Assembly (NCBI GenBank): GCA_964016885.1
Contig: OZ024740.1
Coordinates: 161,820,001 to 161,884,000 of the forward strand
DNA: 64,000 nt
Source of the DNA: Eledone cirrhosa
Lineage: Eukaryota
Direction of reading: 5' to 3'
Part shown: piece after piece, positions 39,535 to 53,397 of the stretch
How the letters are laid out: each line of letters begins with the position of its first letter
Position numbering within the stretch: position 1 is the stretch's first letter
Program-made: the position numbers and the translations under genes
The notes under the pieces: model-generated
What the model was told of the DNA's origin: nothing
Seen by the model: the letters and a program-made list of their open reading frames with translations, nothing else
Databases searched by the model: none

Positions 39535-39998
39535 ACCTATTTTCACCCCTAAAATAACCTTCTCATTCTTCACACTCCATTCAAAACTGAAATCTGCCTT
39601 ATTCTACCCCTAAAATAAGCTTCAATTACTACTATTTTACCATTTGGCCAATTATTAACTTTCTATTGGTTAATTCTAAACCTCTTACCAAACAGACAAA
39701 CTATATTAGATCTTTGTTGGTTTTATTCAATGAACAAATATAATTATTTTCTGAGGTCAGCATACGACCTATTTTCATCCCTAAAATAATCTTTCATTCA
39801 TAATATTTTTTTCCATCCAAAACTGAAATCTACCTTCCTCTACCCATAATTTAAGGTTATTCTTCTACTATTATATTACTATCCTGACCTTCACTATCTC
39901 TCTATTGGTCAATTCAAAACCTGTTCCCAAACAGACCTATTGTATTGAATCTTTGTTTTTTTCAATAAACAAATATCATTATTTCTGAAGACAGCATA
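39535..39998 (+). repeat. Diverged tandem duplication, ~232-bp unit
   Basis: CCTATTTTCA.CCCTAAAATAA..AAAACTGAAATCT..CCAAACAGAC..TTCTGA.G.CAGCATA occurs twice. Confidence 0.75.
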
Positions 39999-40117
39999 TA
40001 TATGTGTAGGTATGTATATTCCCTCTGATAGTTTGTATAAATATTTTACATAGATCTATAAAATATGCATACCAACACTAACACATATATATCCTAGAAA
40101 CGATTGTAAAATGATGA
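39976..40117 (+). ncRNA. Type I hammerhead ribozyme with ~105-nt stem II
   Basis: TCATTATTT-CTGAAGA-CAGC ATATATATGTGT...ACACATATATAT CCTA-GAAA-CGATTG-TA-AAATGATGA; 9-bp stem I. Confidence 0.8.
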
Positions 40118-40302
40118 ATTTTTTTAATATAAGGAACTGTTTCTTTGTTTATTCATTATTTTATTAATTTATCTTGACTCTGTTTTCCGTTAATTTTCAC
40201 GGAAAATAGTTTTTGAATGCATCTTCTCTTTTCATGACATCCGGATTACATTGAGTTCTTCATACGGATTGGACACTATCGTAAATTTTTGGTAGATTTA
40301 TC

Positions 40303-40339
<37 letters not shown>

Positions 40340-41196
40340 GGGAGGTTGTATATGTGAGTGTGTGGGTGGATGTGTGTGTGTGTATTACTGGTTTCTATCA
40401 AATAACTGTGGTCACTCTTTTCAAAGGATTTTTATCAGACCTTCACCTATTACTTATTTTTCCAACCTTTATTTATAGAATGGCTGAGTTCACCTTTTTA
40501 CTGACTTTAATGATTTATCTCCCTTATGATGTAAATGCCGCAATACATTTACATTGGCGGATATACTGATATACACAAACACCGACAATTGTACCCACAT
40601 TGTTTTTGTTTCTTGTCTATAATCGTCCTTCTATATTGTACACATGACGTAATTACTTAGGATTTCCTGCTCTTCAATTGAAAAGTGATAACTTTCAAAG
40701 TGGTACATTAAGTACTTGTCGCAAGTCTTTTATTTTATTTTAATCTAGGCTTTCTGTGTTCCTTCTTTCCGTTGAAACGTTTTAATGACAACTATACTGA
40801 GGATGATCGTTAGCACGTAGGCAGAGAAAAAGTTAAGACAGTTGATAATAGGTAAAAGGCCCTTAACTCCTATTGGAGTCGTAGGGAAGCTGTTCTGATA
40901 CACTGCGTGACTTGGGCATTTTAAATTTAGAGGAGCCCTTAACTGTCCAGGTCGATACTCAGCTAATTTCTTACAGAGAATGAAAGAAATTTGACCCCGG
41001 TCCTGGACTGGCGCTTAATATATCGACCTCGAAAGGATGAAAGGCGCGGTAAACCTCAGCGGGATTTGATCTCAGAGCACCGTGAGTCGAAACAAATGCC
41101 ATCACATTTTCAATCCGACGTCCTAACGACTCTGTCAAATCGTCGTCTTAAGTTGATATTAAGGAATGGTGGTTGACTAGTGTCTCCTGTGAATGC

Positions 41197-41520
41197 GCAT
41201 GGCATAGTGGTTAGAGCATTGGGTTTGCAATCGAAAGGTTGTGAGTTCGATTCTCGGACTGGATGATGCGTTGTGTCCTTGAGCAAGACACTTTATTTCA
41301 CGTTGCTCCAGTTTACTCAACTGTAGAAATGAGATGCGACGTCTCTGGTGCCAAGCTGTATCGGCCATTGTGTTTCCTTTGGACATCTTCGGTGGGGTGG
41401 AAAGGGGAGGCTGGTATGCATGGGTGACTGCTGGTGTTCTTCAAAACAACCTTGCCCGGACTTGTGTGCCTCGGAAGGAAACTTTCTAAGTGCAAATCAC
41501 ATGGTCATTCGTGACCATTC
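41197..41520 (+). mobile_element. tRNA-derived CORE-like SINE S2; partial copy ~50523-50642
   Basis: TGGCATAGTGG A-box, GAGTTCGATTC B-box, GTGTCCTTGAGCAAGACACTTT core. Confidence 0.8.
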
Positions 41521-41847
41521 ATAATAGTGCCCCCCCCCCCCCCACACACACACACTTTATTTCAATGGTTAGTACGATAATTATATTGAACACTTTGATA
41601 TGCGCAAGCATAGCTGTGTGGTTAAGGAATTTGCTTCCCAACAACGTGGTTTCCAATTCACACCCATTATGTAGCACCTGAATCAAGTGTATTCTACTAT
41701 AGTTAATATCGTTGACTGTAGAAATCCGTCGTATATAGCTCTGTCTGTGTGTGTGTGTGTGTGCGCGCGCGAAAAATATTGTAGAGTGAGGAAAAACCTT
41801 AATTTTATTGTGCTCTTATATTACTTATTAAGTGGAACAGGATTAAC

Positions 41848-41948
41848 CACTAGCACAAGGTCAGCAATTACCCCAGTGTATTACTGATAAAATAAAGTAC
41901 CAGTAATGCACTGAGTAATTTCTAGCCTTGTGCCAAAAGTAGGTACAA
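41848..41948 (+). mobile_element. SINE S1 3' fragment with 5' inversion and 27-bp TSD
   Basis: TSD 41821-41847 / 41949-41975 (2 mismatches); 41854-41887 inverted relative to 41888-41948. Confidence 0.75.
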
Positions 41949-42167
41949 TTATTTATTAAGTGAAACAGGATTAACTCCTGTTAAAGCATAATCTGGGGTG
42001 AATGAAGTAAACAAAGATTTTTTTTTTTTATTATTTAGTCGGGGAGATAATGGTAGTTAGGAATGCGACACAAATGATCCCAAAAACCAAGTCTTCACTG
42101 ACGCGACTGTGATATTAATAGGGTTTCCATAGAGTGTTACACAGACGTGATGAGAAGTATTATTTAT

Positions 42168-42525
42168 GTGGATTGGCAGTATCGGTAGAGAGTCTGACAC
42201 CATGCTTTGAAGCAGAGAGTTATGTCCCTTTATGATCTGAGTTCAAATCCCGCCGAGGTTTACTTTGCCTTTCATCCTTACGGGGTCGATAAAATAAAGT
42301 ACCAGTAATGTACTGGGTAATTGCTGGCCTTGTGCCTAAAATAGAAACAATTATAAAGGGCGGTGGATTGGCAGTATCGGTAGAGGGTCGGACGCCATGC
42401 TTTCCGGCATAGTTACGTCCCTTTACGATCTGAGTTCAAATCTCGCCGAGGTTGACTTTGCCTTTCATCCTTACGGAGTCGATAAAATAAAGTACCAGTA
42501 ATGCACTGGTGAATTGCTGGCCTTG
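42168..42525 (+). mobile_element. Two tandem SINE S1 copies (42168-42352, 42358-42525)
   Basis: Match to the S1 consensus; second copy cut short at 42526. Confidence 0.9.
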
Positions 42526-42526
42526 G

Positions 42527-42730
42527 CAGGCACTAATCAAATTTCCTTCTCTAATGCGATTTTGGTTTCATTTAATTATATTGGAGACTTTCCATAAAAT
42601 ATGAATTCCACTTTTTTTTTTAAGTCGTAAGGGTATTTCGTGACAAAATAAATTTGTGGTACCCCTACTCTAGAGATATGGCGTTAAGGTTTTGAGTATT
42701 TATAGCTACATTGTTATGAGATAATATATA
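42527..42730. repeat. ~200-bp repeat, inverted near-identical copy at 50267-50470
   Basis: CAGGCACTAATCAAATTTCC...GAGATAATATATA versus its reverse complement, about two differences. Confidence 0.88.
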
Positions 42731-43407
42731 TTTATTTAGCCTATTCGAATGCATCCATATAGTATTTCTATCTAAATTAAAACAAAAGAAGAAAGAGGTC
42801 CGAACAGAGAAGAGCAGAACTCCCACTGTCATCGCCTCCATCTCTCTCGCCTTCCCATCTCTCTATATTATGAGCAAATGGGGTCCCACGTATAGTTAGT
42901 AGCTGGTTCAATAAGTGCCTTATTAGGCGGGGGTCATTAGGGTGTCAAAGTTAGCAGTAATAGGTTTCAGCTATTTTGGTGGGCATGACCAAGTTAAAAG
43001 ATTGGCACTATGACAGTGTGGTTGGGAGAACTATTAAATAGCGGCAACTGTGATAAGATCTGTCTTGTTTGACATGAGAAGGAATACAATGAATATAATT
43101 TAACTTTTTAAAACATTATTCACGAAGTGATTGATATATATTCACTAAATTTCATTCTAGTGTTTTTCACTCGATTTATGTCGCCGTTTGTAAAAAAAAT
43201 AGCGTCGTTGATTATAGGTTTCCAACATGCCAATCGTTGATCCATTGCATTTATGATAGCAACAATGGCAGGAGAGTGTCTGTAATTTGGTGTAAAACAA
43301 ATATCACAAGAGACTTCGTTCGATGAACATCGGTTTTTTTTTATTTCTTCGCTGATGTTGTCATTTTACGGTGTCAGATCGGTGAAAGATATACACATAC
43401 ACATACT

Positions 43408-43468
<61 letters not shown>

Positions 43469-43544
43469 CGAAGGAAATGTGGTAAGGAACCAGGTGGACC
43501 ATAACGCACCAAAGTACTCAATACTTAGGGTAGTAGAGTGGGTA

Positions 43545-43662
43545 ATAGGAACGAGTAGGACCCCGACGGCTGAGCTCAAGCCGTTTCGACGGCTAATTCT
43601 GAGTCCAGAATTAGCCGTCGAAACGGCTTGAGCTCAGCTGTCGGGGTCCTACTCGTTCCTAT
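43545..43662. repeat. GC-rich hairpin, 57-bp arms, 4-nt loop
   Basis: 43545-43601 / 43606-43662, one G-T mismatch; within (TA)n. Confidence 0.88.
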
Positions 43663-43682
43663 ATATATATATAAATATATAT

Positions 43683-43992
43683 AGGAGATCCTGCGGAGAG
43701 CCGAGTCGTAGACGCTACAGAGAGTGGTCACGGCGGAGCGTCGGTGCGGTCTGGCTGGCCATATTCTGCGTCTGCCAAATGAACGGCTTTCGAAAACAGC
43801 GATGAACTGGACTCCGCCTGGCGGTAAACAAAGGCGGGGTTGCCCAAGGATCACCTGGCGACGAGCGTTCGGGAAGGACCTGATGGCAGCCAACATCACC
43901 TGGCACGGTCTCGAAAAAGTTGCCGCTGATCGTGACCGTTGGCGAGTACTTACTTCTCGATGCGCCGAACGGCGCGGAAGAATCTAAGACTA

Positions 43993-43995
<3 letters not shown>
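43683..43995 (+). mobile_element. RTE-like LINE 3' end
   Basis: LAGHILRLPNERLSK..WTPPGGKQRRGCPRITWRR..AADRDRWR, then CTAAGA repeat tail. Confidence 0.85.
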
Positions 43996-44056
<61 letters not shown>

Positions 44057-44071
44057 CTGTGTGTTTGTGTG

Positions 44072-44103
<32 letters not shown>

Positions 44104-44477
44104 ATAGGAAGAAAATAGAACAAATAGACACAGTATCAAGAATGATCATTGAGATGGTCACATAATGTGTGACGAATGAGCTTTGTCTATTAACATGACA
44201 ATTAACAATTATATTACTATTCGGTTACTAAACTAGCCTATGAATGGAATGGTTACCCAAGTAATAATAAACTAAAGTGAAACTCAGTTGGTGTTTGTGT
44301 TTTTATGGGCAGCATGACCCTTCCAATATGTTTCAACACATGATTTTACATCAAGAATCTTGCAAAACAAATGCAAAGACATTACATATATATGTGTGTG
44401 TGTATGTGTGTGTGTGTGCGGTATATATATGTATAATGAATAAATAAATCCTTAAGGTTCAATATATCTTTTGATTG

Positions 44478-44547
44478 ATTTACACGCGTTTCTTTTAAAT
44501 ACAGAAGGAAGTAACATTTTATTCCTTTGTAAAGAAATCTTCAGAAT
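44478..44547 (-). ncRNA. Hammerhead motif, decayed stems
   Basis: ATT-CTGAAGA-TTTCTTTACAAAGGAA..TTCCTTCTGTATTTAAAA-GAAA-CGCGTG-TA-AAT. Confidence 0.55.
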
Positions 44548-44555
44548 GGATAAAT

Positions 44556-44742
44556 AATTCCTTCTACTTTTGGCACAAGGCCAGCAATTACCCAGAGCAT
44601 TATGGTGCTTTATTTTATCGACCTCGTAAGGACGAAAGGCAAAGTTAACCTCGGCGGGATTTGAACTCAGACCGTAAAGGGCCGCAACTCTATGCTGCTA
44701 AGCATGGTGTCTGACCCTCTTCCAATACTGCCAATCCACCTG
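44556..44742 (-). mobile_element. SINE S1
   Basis: Match to the S1 consensus. Confidence 0.88.
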
Positions 44743-44803
44743 TATTGGCAGTATCGGTTAAATAATATAAGAAAAATCTGATCTACCTTATATATATGTA
44801 TGT

Positions 44804-44838
<35 letters not shown>

Positions 44839-45051
44839 CGTGACGTTAGGTTTGGGGGTCCAGTATTAGAACGGCTCCTCCACTACACAGAGGTGGCCAT
44901 AATATGACCCCGAAACCTAAAGTGACTCATACATGTTAGGTATACGAAATTGTAATGTATACTGAATAAGCTCTCTTGTGCTAAATTGAGCGAAACGCCA
45001 GAGTAACAAGTCTCAATATTTAACTTTAATGGAATATATATATATATATAC

Positions 45052-45111
<60 letters not shown>

Positions 45112-45709
45112 GGACTTTTCCAAGACGTCGTCAAGCAGTGGGACTGAACTCGAAATCATGTGGCTGCGAAGCAACTCCTTCAAGCACACAGCCAAGGTTG
45201 CACTTGTATGTATGTATATGTGTGTGTGTGCGCGAGTGTATGTGTGTGTGTCCTATATATATATATATATATATATATATAGGACACACACATGAAATGG
45301 AAGTCCGAAAAGTAAGCCTATTTCTGAATTTGCAAAAATGTTTGTATTCTGCAAAAGCAAAGTGTCAAAAAGCTAATTTTCATATGTTTGAAGAAGAATC
45401 CTGTCGCCAAATCAATCAATAGTTTCTAGATAGAGACAGTTGGTTAGTAAAATAAAAAAAAGTAAGAGGCAGGGCAAGTAAGTTCAAGGCCAGCTTTCTC
45501 TCTCTCTTTCTCCTCCTCTCTCTCTCCCTCTGTCTTTCTCTGTCTCAATTTTTTTTTTACTTTCGTCTTCTTACACCCATTACCTTATTCCATTTCTGAC
45601 ACTTTCCCTATTTACACTCGGAACAGAGGGGGAAAGGGGGTCACTAGTTTTTATACTTATTTACTCACTGTGATTCTATTGAGGCCTACATTGACAGTAT
45701 CAGTTATCA

Positions 45710-45814
<105 letters not shown>

Positions 45815-46560
45815 AGAGAGAGAGAGCATAAATATCAGCAACTTATACCATCGCTACCTCAATGATATATGGCTGGAGAACGCTCTCAGGCATGTAGATC
45901 CTCGAGCGCAAGCCGCCTCGTGGGCCTCTTATTTGCTTGTTTAAAGAGAATGGGCGAACATTTGAAAATATATGAATTAAAGAAAGAATGAAACTCCGTT
46001 TGTTTCGACAATGTGTGTGTTAATTGTTCGATCAACGAAACAGCGAGCTCGGGAAAATATTGAGCAAGTAGCTGAGTATTCCACAGTCACGTGTACCCTA
46101 AGAGTAATTCTAGAGGAGATTAAGAGTGACTCAATGTGTGACTCTTAATCTCCTGATATATCGCAAGATCTGGAGGGGGAAGTGCCTCGTATGACGCAAC
46201 GTCTATGTAAAAAAAGGCTTACAGAAGACGTTGTTAGAAGGAAGTGGCACAATAACGATGACTCTTGGGTCCTGCTGCATTCCAAACTCCATGACTTTTT
46301 TTCAGTGTTTTATTAGGGCACAAATAGGTATATAAACAACAACCTTAGAACTACGCATACTTACTTTCCATGGAATCAAGTTCTCGACACCGAGAAATTT
46401 TAGCAATGACGATTTGTTTGGCAGTACAAATGTTTAATAAATCCAAAGTATGTCTGGAGTTATCACCTTAATGTTACATGTCAGCCCCACCACTACAAAA
46501 CCATTATTCTGTTTTAACGATAAAAACTCTAAATACTGTTTATTATTACCTCCTTTGCAT

Positions 46561-46742
46561 AGGCGGTGGATTGGCAGTATCGGTAGAGAGTCGGATGCCA
46601 TGCTTTCCAGTATAGTTACGTCCCTTTACGGTCCGAGTTCAAATCCCGCCGAGGTTAACTTTGCCTTTCATCCTTACAGGGTCGATAAAATAAAGTACCA
46701 GTAATGTACAAGGTAATTGCCTTGTGCCAAAAGTAGAAACAA
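46561..46742 (+). mobile_element. SINE S1 with ~18-bp TSD
   Basis: ATTATTACCTCC(T/C)TTGCA on both sides. Confidence 0.9.
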
Positions 46743-47495
46743 TTATTACCTCCCTTGCACTTAACGAAATTTTATGTATGAAATATCTTTAGCCATCTTA
46801 TACGTGTGTGAAAGATAATCAATACTAGCATCTATGACATATGCTTGAGAAATTATTTATGTGTGTATATGCTCATGAAAAAAACAAAAACAGGTGAAAC
46901 CAATGAACAAAAGCTTTCATCCTCATCCTTAACCATCCCCAACATTGATCACAGGTCAAACGACGGCTTAGAACAACACACACATTCTCTAAAGCATGTA
47001 CGTCCAACGGCCAGGCTTAAACAGTTTCAATGCTAGAATAGGAATACCCATACGAACATTGAAACGGTTTATGCTTCACGCTAGGTTTAGATATATTTTA
47101 CATATTATCTACAGTCTGCTTTCTTTAAAGTATGGAGTGAGTACTAAGTTGAATAATCGTTTTACTAGTATCAGTTAGTAACATTTTATCCATACATATG
47201 CAGTCATGGAAATAAGTGGAAGAAAAAGTAGGCAATACCAAGAATAGAGTATAAATAATTTAAATTAATCAAACTGGCTAAAACTATTATTTTCAGCATA
47301 AGGCGAAGACGGCTGCTGAAATGGAGAGAGAAAGAGAGACAGAGAGGGGTGAGATGTTAATGTAGGCCTGTAGATTGATAGATATATAAACAACAAATAT
47401 TTATTGAAGGGATGAGTTCATGCATGTAGTAGAGTCGTATTTACTATATGTATCTTGGCTTAGCTTAACTCGAGCACACACACACACACAGACAC

Positions 47496-47628
<133 letters not shown>

Positions 47629-49440
47629 TCCATCTTGGGTCATATCCATATGTTTAATAATCATATATTTTGTCTCACTGCGAAATTAGACACCGTAGTT
47701 AAACCACAGACGCTTTCAGCAGCCACGAATGAGGATCTAGCTCGTTTCGTTTTTCGTTAAAGACTTATCACGGATCACTTAATCCTGTCTTCTAAGCTGC
47801 CAAACGTAAGTAGCGTAAATTACTCATAGAAATATAAACAAGATTATGCCAAGCATAACAAAATTTACATAATGGTACAATGTTGGTGACTGGGCAGTAT
47901 GTGTTAAGAATAAATGTTTCTCTCTCTGTCTCTACCCATACACACACTTCACATGGAAGTAACTGAAACATAAAATCCTATCAAAGCTAAAAACAGTAAC
48001 TGTAGTGTCAATTTGCTTATTAATCTAAAGGGATGTTTCTCAGATGCAATGTGGTACACGAAGGAATGTGTGATATACTATATGGAACTGGAATTCTAGC
48101 CTAAATAGGTTAACAATACTCTACTTATGGAAATATAAGCAAAGATTTTGTAAATGTAGAAGGTGATTTCAAGCCAAACCATTAGAAACCATGAAATAAT
48201 AAGAAGCAGAACAGGCAAACGCCGAAATATCAACTTCCAGCTTTAACGTCATCAATACGAAGCCTAGACAGAGAATTTAAGAATCAGAACAATGTAGACT
48301 TCAAATTGTAAGTTAGATACGTAAATACCATCTCAAGAAATAACATTGAGATCAAATATGCTTCCTTAAAAAGTGTCTCTATCTTTTTATGGAGAAATGT
48401 TTTAAATACCACTCCTCAACATCACATGAGAACAGCAACTATTTTCAAATTGGTAGACAGACAAAAAGAGAATGAATACCTCTTGCCAGTGGCAAATTAC
48501 TGTAACTTAAGTAGTTAAATAATATCAAATAAGGCGAAATAGTAGAATCTTGAGTACGTAGAACAAAATAACTTACTGTATTTTTTTCCAGTTCTCTGCA
48601 TTCTGAGTTCAAATCACCTTAAGGTCAACTTTACGTTCCATAGTTTCAGTGTTGATAAAATAAAGTACTAGTTCAAGGTGGTAGACTCGTAAACTGATGG
48701 AATTTCTAGAACATCGGACACAATACCTTGAGGTATTTGCTCCAGCTCTTTGCGTTCAAAGTTCAAATCCCGCTGTAGCGTACTTGGTTAGCAGACTTAA
48801 TGTGGTGCCTGATTTAACGCTAGCTTTTGTCTCTTGACTGCTTTTAGTAGAGTCTACTCTCCTTCAAGCATTTCTGTCAGGTCCCCGGTTTAAGCATACC
48901 TTCCTCCCATAAGGTTCAAAAGCCCTAAAATTGAGTCATGGGTGCTCCACCTTGACTAAACAGAAACAATAATTCTCAAGAAATAAATATTTTCAAATAG
49001 GTAGAGAAACGAGAAAATAGATAGATTTAAATGTATTTTAAGTTCTTGTAATATATCCTCAAATTCGTGAAATACCAAATAATACTCCTATTTATTCCTA
49101 TAGAAGGCAACATTGAAAACCTATACATCCAATACAAATTTAATATGATATACAAGATGTTAAACAAATTGGGAGTGGAAGTAAATACTGAGGAAGGGAG
49201 AGAAATAATTAATCTTTTCCACTAATTCTAGTAACATGAAAATTCAAGAGATAATCTTGAACCTAGTTCAATTCAAAATTTATTATCATGTCCATGTGCA
49301 AAGACTCAAAGATAAACATTTAATGACAGGCACAAAGCTGGAAATTAAATAAAACTTCCTATCCAGATATGTTATGAGATGAGAAATTGGAGAATATGCT
49401 ACACTTTCAAAAATGTTTCCACTGCTTATTAAATAGATTT

Positions 49441-49625
49441 CAGATCTCCCAACCTCTAAAAACCAAAACGGGGGTACCATGAAAAAAAAGGGGCCCCAAA
49501 ACGGGGAGAAATGAGGCAGAGTGGGCAGATTTTACATAATGAAATCTATACCCATTTTTACAAGGGAAGACATCTAAAGTGGGTGGGAGATCTTCCCGTT
49601 GGACGGGGAAGAGTTGACAGATCTG
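49441..49625 (+). mobile_element. MITE (sibling of 61094-61288)
   Basis: TIRs CAGATCTCCCAAC / GTTGACAGATCTG; internal homology to the 61 kb copy. Confidence 0.75.
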
Positions 49626-50753
49626 GAATTTTCAACAAAACTTTTATGGGTGATTGATTAGCAAAATTGGTAAAACGTTAGATAAAATACCATTGCAGTG
49701 TTTGATCTGGCTTTTTACATTCTAAGTTCAAATTCCTCCACGCTCAACTTTGCTTTTAATCCTTCCATTGGTGACCTTGTGCCTAAATTATAAATCAATA
49801 GAACATTTAAAACCAACTGGATGAAAATATAATATAACACTAGTATTGGATTCTTCAGATAAAATGATATCAAAATTTCAATCAATGAATATGCAATATG
49901 TCTATTCAATATCATAAAGCAATCAGCTGGAAAATCCTTACGCGTCCATACCAACATTGATTTAACTTTGACCATATATATCACCAAGGCAGCGGATTAG
50001 CAGAGTCATTAGAACGTCGGATACAATGATTTGCTTTTCTCTGTGCTCTCTAAGTTCCAATCTTGCCGAAGTCACCCTTGCCTTTTATCCTTTCGAGATT
50101 GACAAAAACAAGTACCAGTTAAGTACCGGGGTAGATTCTATCTCTATTTTTTCTCACTCCTGTCTCTCGTGTATTGTGAAAAAGAGATGGGCTCCACCAG
50201 TGCCCAAATCATGCCGTATGTCACAACGGCGCCTCTATGATTTTAACAGGTGTTACGGGTCCATCATATATATTATCTCATAACAATGTAGCTATAAATA
50301 CTCAAAACCTTAACGCCATATCTCTAGAGTAGGGGTACCACAAATTTATTTTGTCACGAAATACCCTTACGACTTTAAAAAAAAAGCGGAATTCATATTT
50401 TATGGAAAGTCTCCAATATAATTAAATGAAACCAAAATCGCATTAGAGAAGGAAATTTGATTAGTGCCTGGCATATGGCGGCTAGAATTTCGATTCATAC
50501 CCAATATCATATACATATAGTGAAGGCATGTAGCCGAGTGGTTAGAGAATTGGATTCGCAATCGTGAAGTTGTGAGTTCGAATCCCGTACCGGACGATGC
50601 GTTATGTCCTTGAGCAAGACACTTTATTTCACTTTGCTCTTTCTACCTGGATTTGCGACCGATAGATAGTATTAGCAATTGGAAAGACCAATGGAAACAT
50701 TGTTTCCTCGGTCCGATTTGACGAAATTCGATTGACTGTCGATGGATGGAATG

Positions 50754-50784
<31 letters not shown>

Positions 50785-52392
50785 TGTGAATATTGTAAAT
50801 TTTATTTAAAACTTTACCTTGTGGATTCTATTTCGAAATACTGGGCTACATTGTAGAGTGTATTATTGACAGGGTCAACTCTATGTAATCATATTTTGAA
50901 TACATTTGATCATATATCTGTTTGATCAGAGCTTTCCTGTGGCTAAACAAAAACACCATTCCACTTTACATCAACCTGTCACACAAAACCTCTGAACCCT
51001 CTGGTAGTAGTCAGTTAATTAAATTGAAGCTATATTTGCTACCCTTAATATAGAATGTGTTTCACCTCTGATCTATCTGAGATAACTAATTATACCATCC
51101 TCCTAATATGTCTCTTCACGTCTCGCACAGCTTCAATAAACCCAAATGATTTGCATGCAGTTATAGAGATAAAGATACTGTCTACAGCACCTATAGTATG
51201 TATCCTAGCATAACAACACATAATATAATCACCTGAAATGTAATGGTTGCCCTCCTGTAGAGCATAACCGTCGCCTTTCAAATTGCAGTCGTAGCTTTTC
51301 CTTCTTACCAAGAAAATATATATTAAACAAGGTGGCACCCAGCAGATAATGTCATCACATATACTGTACTCGTTTCGAAATCTACATGTAACCCGGTGAG
51401 GGCTTTTGTTTGTTTGTTTTTCTATGTAAGCATGGGCGCGTACGACAACGCGACGATATATGAGCTTGTAGGTTTTATATCCTAGATATACTTGTAGGTT
51501 TTATATATCCTAGATATACTAAATACGAAATTTACAATAGACATTAACGGACATAGAGATGATTGGATCTCCATATTCGAATACTTTGGACATAATAAGA
51601 AAAGACCTTATAAACATTTTCGGCCTTAAAAGGACCATTTAACTATCATTCATTTCTTAGATGTTACTCTCAATTTAAATACTACATGCGCAAAGCTTTT
51701 TTTAGCAAATCTAATGAAACCTTTATATTAACATATGACCTAGTCATCCATCCATAGTTTTAAAAAAATAGTATTATTAGAAGAAAGCTAATCTGTCATC
51801 TAATAAGGATATCTTCGATAATGTTGCGCATCTTTTGCGAATATATATCGCCAAAATGTATCGGTGGAAAATCCGATAAGCCGAACTTTCGAATAAAAAT
51901 ACCCTGTATAGTGTTAGTTCCACTCGTGTTGCATAGACACTTACTGAACACTCATGTTGCATAGACCATCCTAAATGCTGTGAACCAGAGATTGTCTCAA
52001 TGGAAACATATTACCAACGACTAGGACCTCCAAGAGAAATTTTGCAAGGCGGTGCAAGACGGCTCTGGGGCCCGTAGCAGACAAAGATTTTTCTCAAAAT
52101 GGGTGTTGCAAGGTTGCTGTAGGGCCTTCTTAGTTCTTGGGACCCGGAACAAAGTAGGCCCGACCAATGACACTCTTGTCCACAAAATGCATGATAAAAA
52201 CTATATGAAAAAGAATTTACTGTGAATAAGCTACCCTATTCTCACTTTGTGATTTGTTTGTATTAACTGTATTCAGTTCATTCTTTATTTTTCCAGTCTA
52301 AAAATGTCCTTGTTTTACTGATAAAAATGAATGAAATTAAAACAAAAAACATAAGTATTGACCTATATAAGATGAAGTGTATTTACTGGAAA

Positions 52393-52442
<50 letters not shown>

Positions 52443-53363
52443 AAACTTTGACCTTTCGTCCACCAGAATTTTCCATCATAGCGGGAAGATTGTGAAAAGC
52501 TGCGCAGATCTCCTCAGAAGAGTGTCTTATCTAAAACTGTGGTGGTAATACTTATTGATTTATCGTTTCAAAACCATATCCTTTCGACGACCATGTAGCT
52601 GATGAATATTTTTCAAACTGAACATGCTTACATTGTAGGTAATTATATTAGGAAATTTTTAACAGATTCATCAATTTTATTTTATTTATTCTATACTTCT
52701 CATTGTTCTGATTTGATTTTCCTTAATTCCCTAAATTGGCTTATTATTTCGTTTACAAAGTCATGGTATAATTTCACAGTGTGATAAATTGATAGATTGA
52801 AGATGTTAAAGGACAATATAATAAGATTAGCGAATGGACTAACACAGAATAGCTATTGCACAGTGTGTTAAATTCAGACGGGTGTTTGTTATAAAGCGGG
52901 AGTCGTTTGTAACAATTAGAAAACTGGTTTAAATAACAACGGAAAGATTCTCTATGTGTGTCTGAATTGGGAAGGACTGCGGTAGGTAAACTGGTCATGT
53001 TAGATAAATGTCATCTCAGAATCGTTGAATGTGATAAGATTGTAAAGGAATAGAATTAAAATTACACAAACTGGAGTAATTTTGTTTTTATTTTTATTTT
53101 ACTTTTTGAAAGGTTACCAGAACAATTTGTATCCTCTGTGCCTTATTTCCGATTTATTGTACAGCAGTCGAATAGTAAAACAGAAATGGGGAGGATGCCA
53201 AAAAACGAAAGTGACAAAAGAAAGTAGGAGGCAGACGAAAAATAAAGACAGAGAGGGGGATTTAAAATATAACTCCTACAAGAAGGAGTTAGCAAAATGA
53301 ATGGCAGATGAAGAAAAGATTGGAGAATGTAATCATTCAAGAGAGAATGCAATTGTGTAACTG

Positions 53364-53397
<34 letters not shown>

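Noticed and set aside
51090-51338. 82-aa minus-strand ORF as a host exon
   Set aside because: No recognisable domain; length expected by chance; needs RNA-seq
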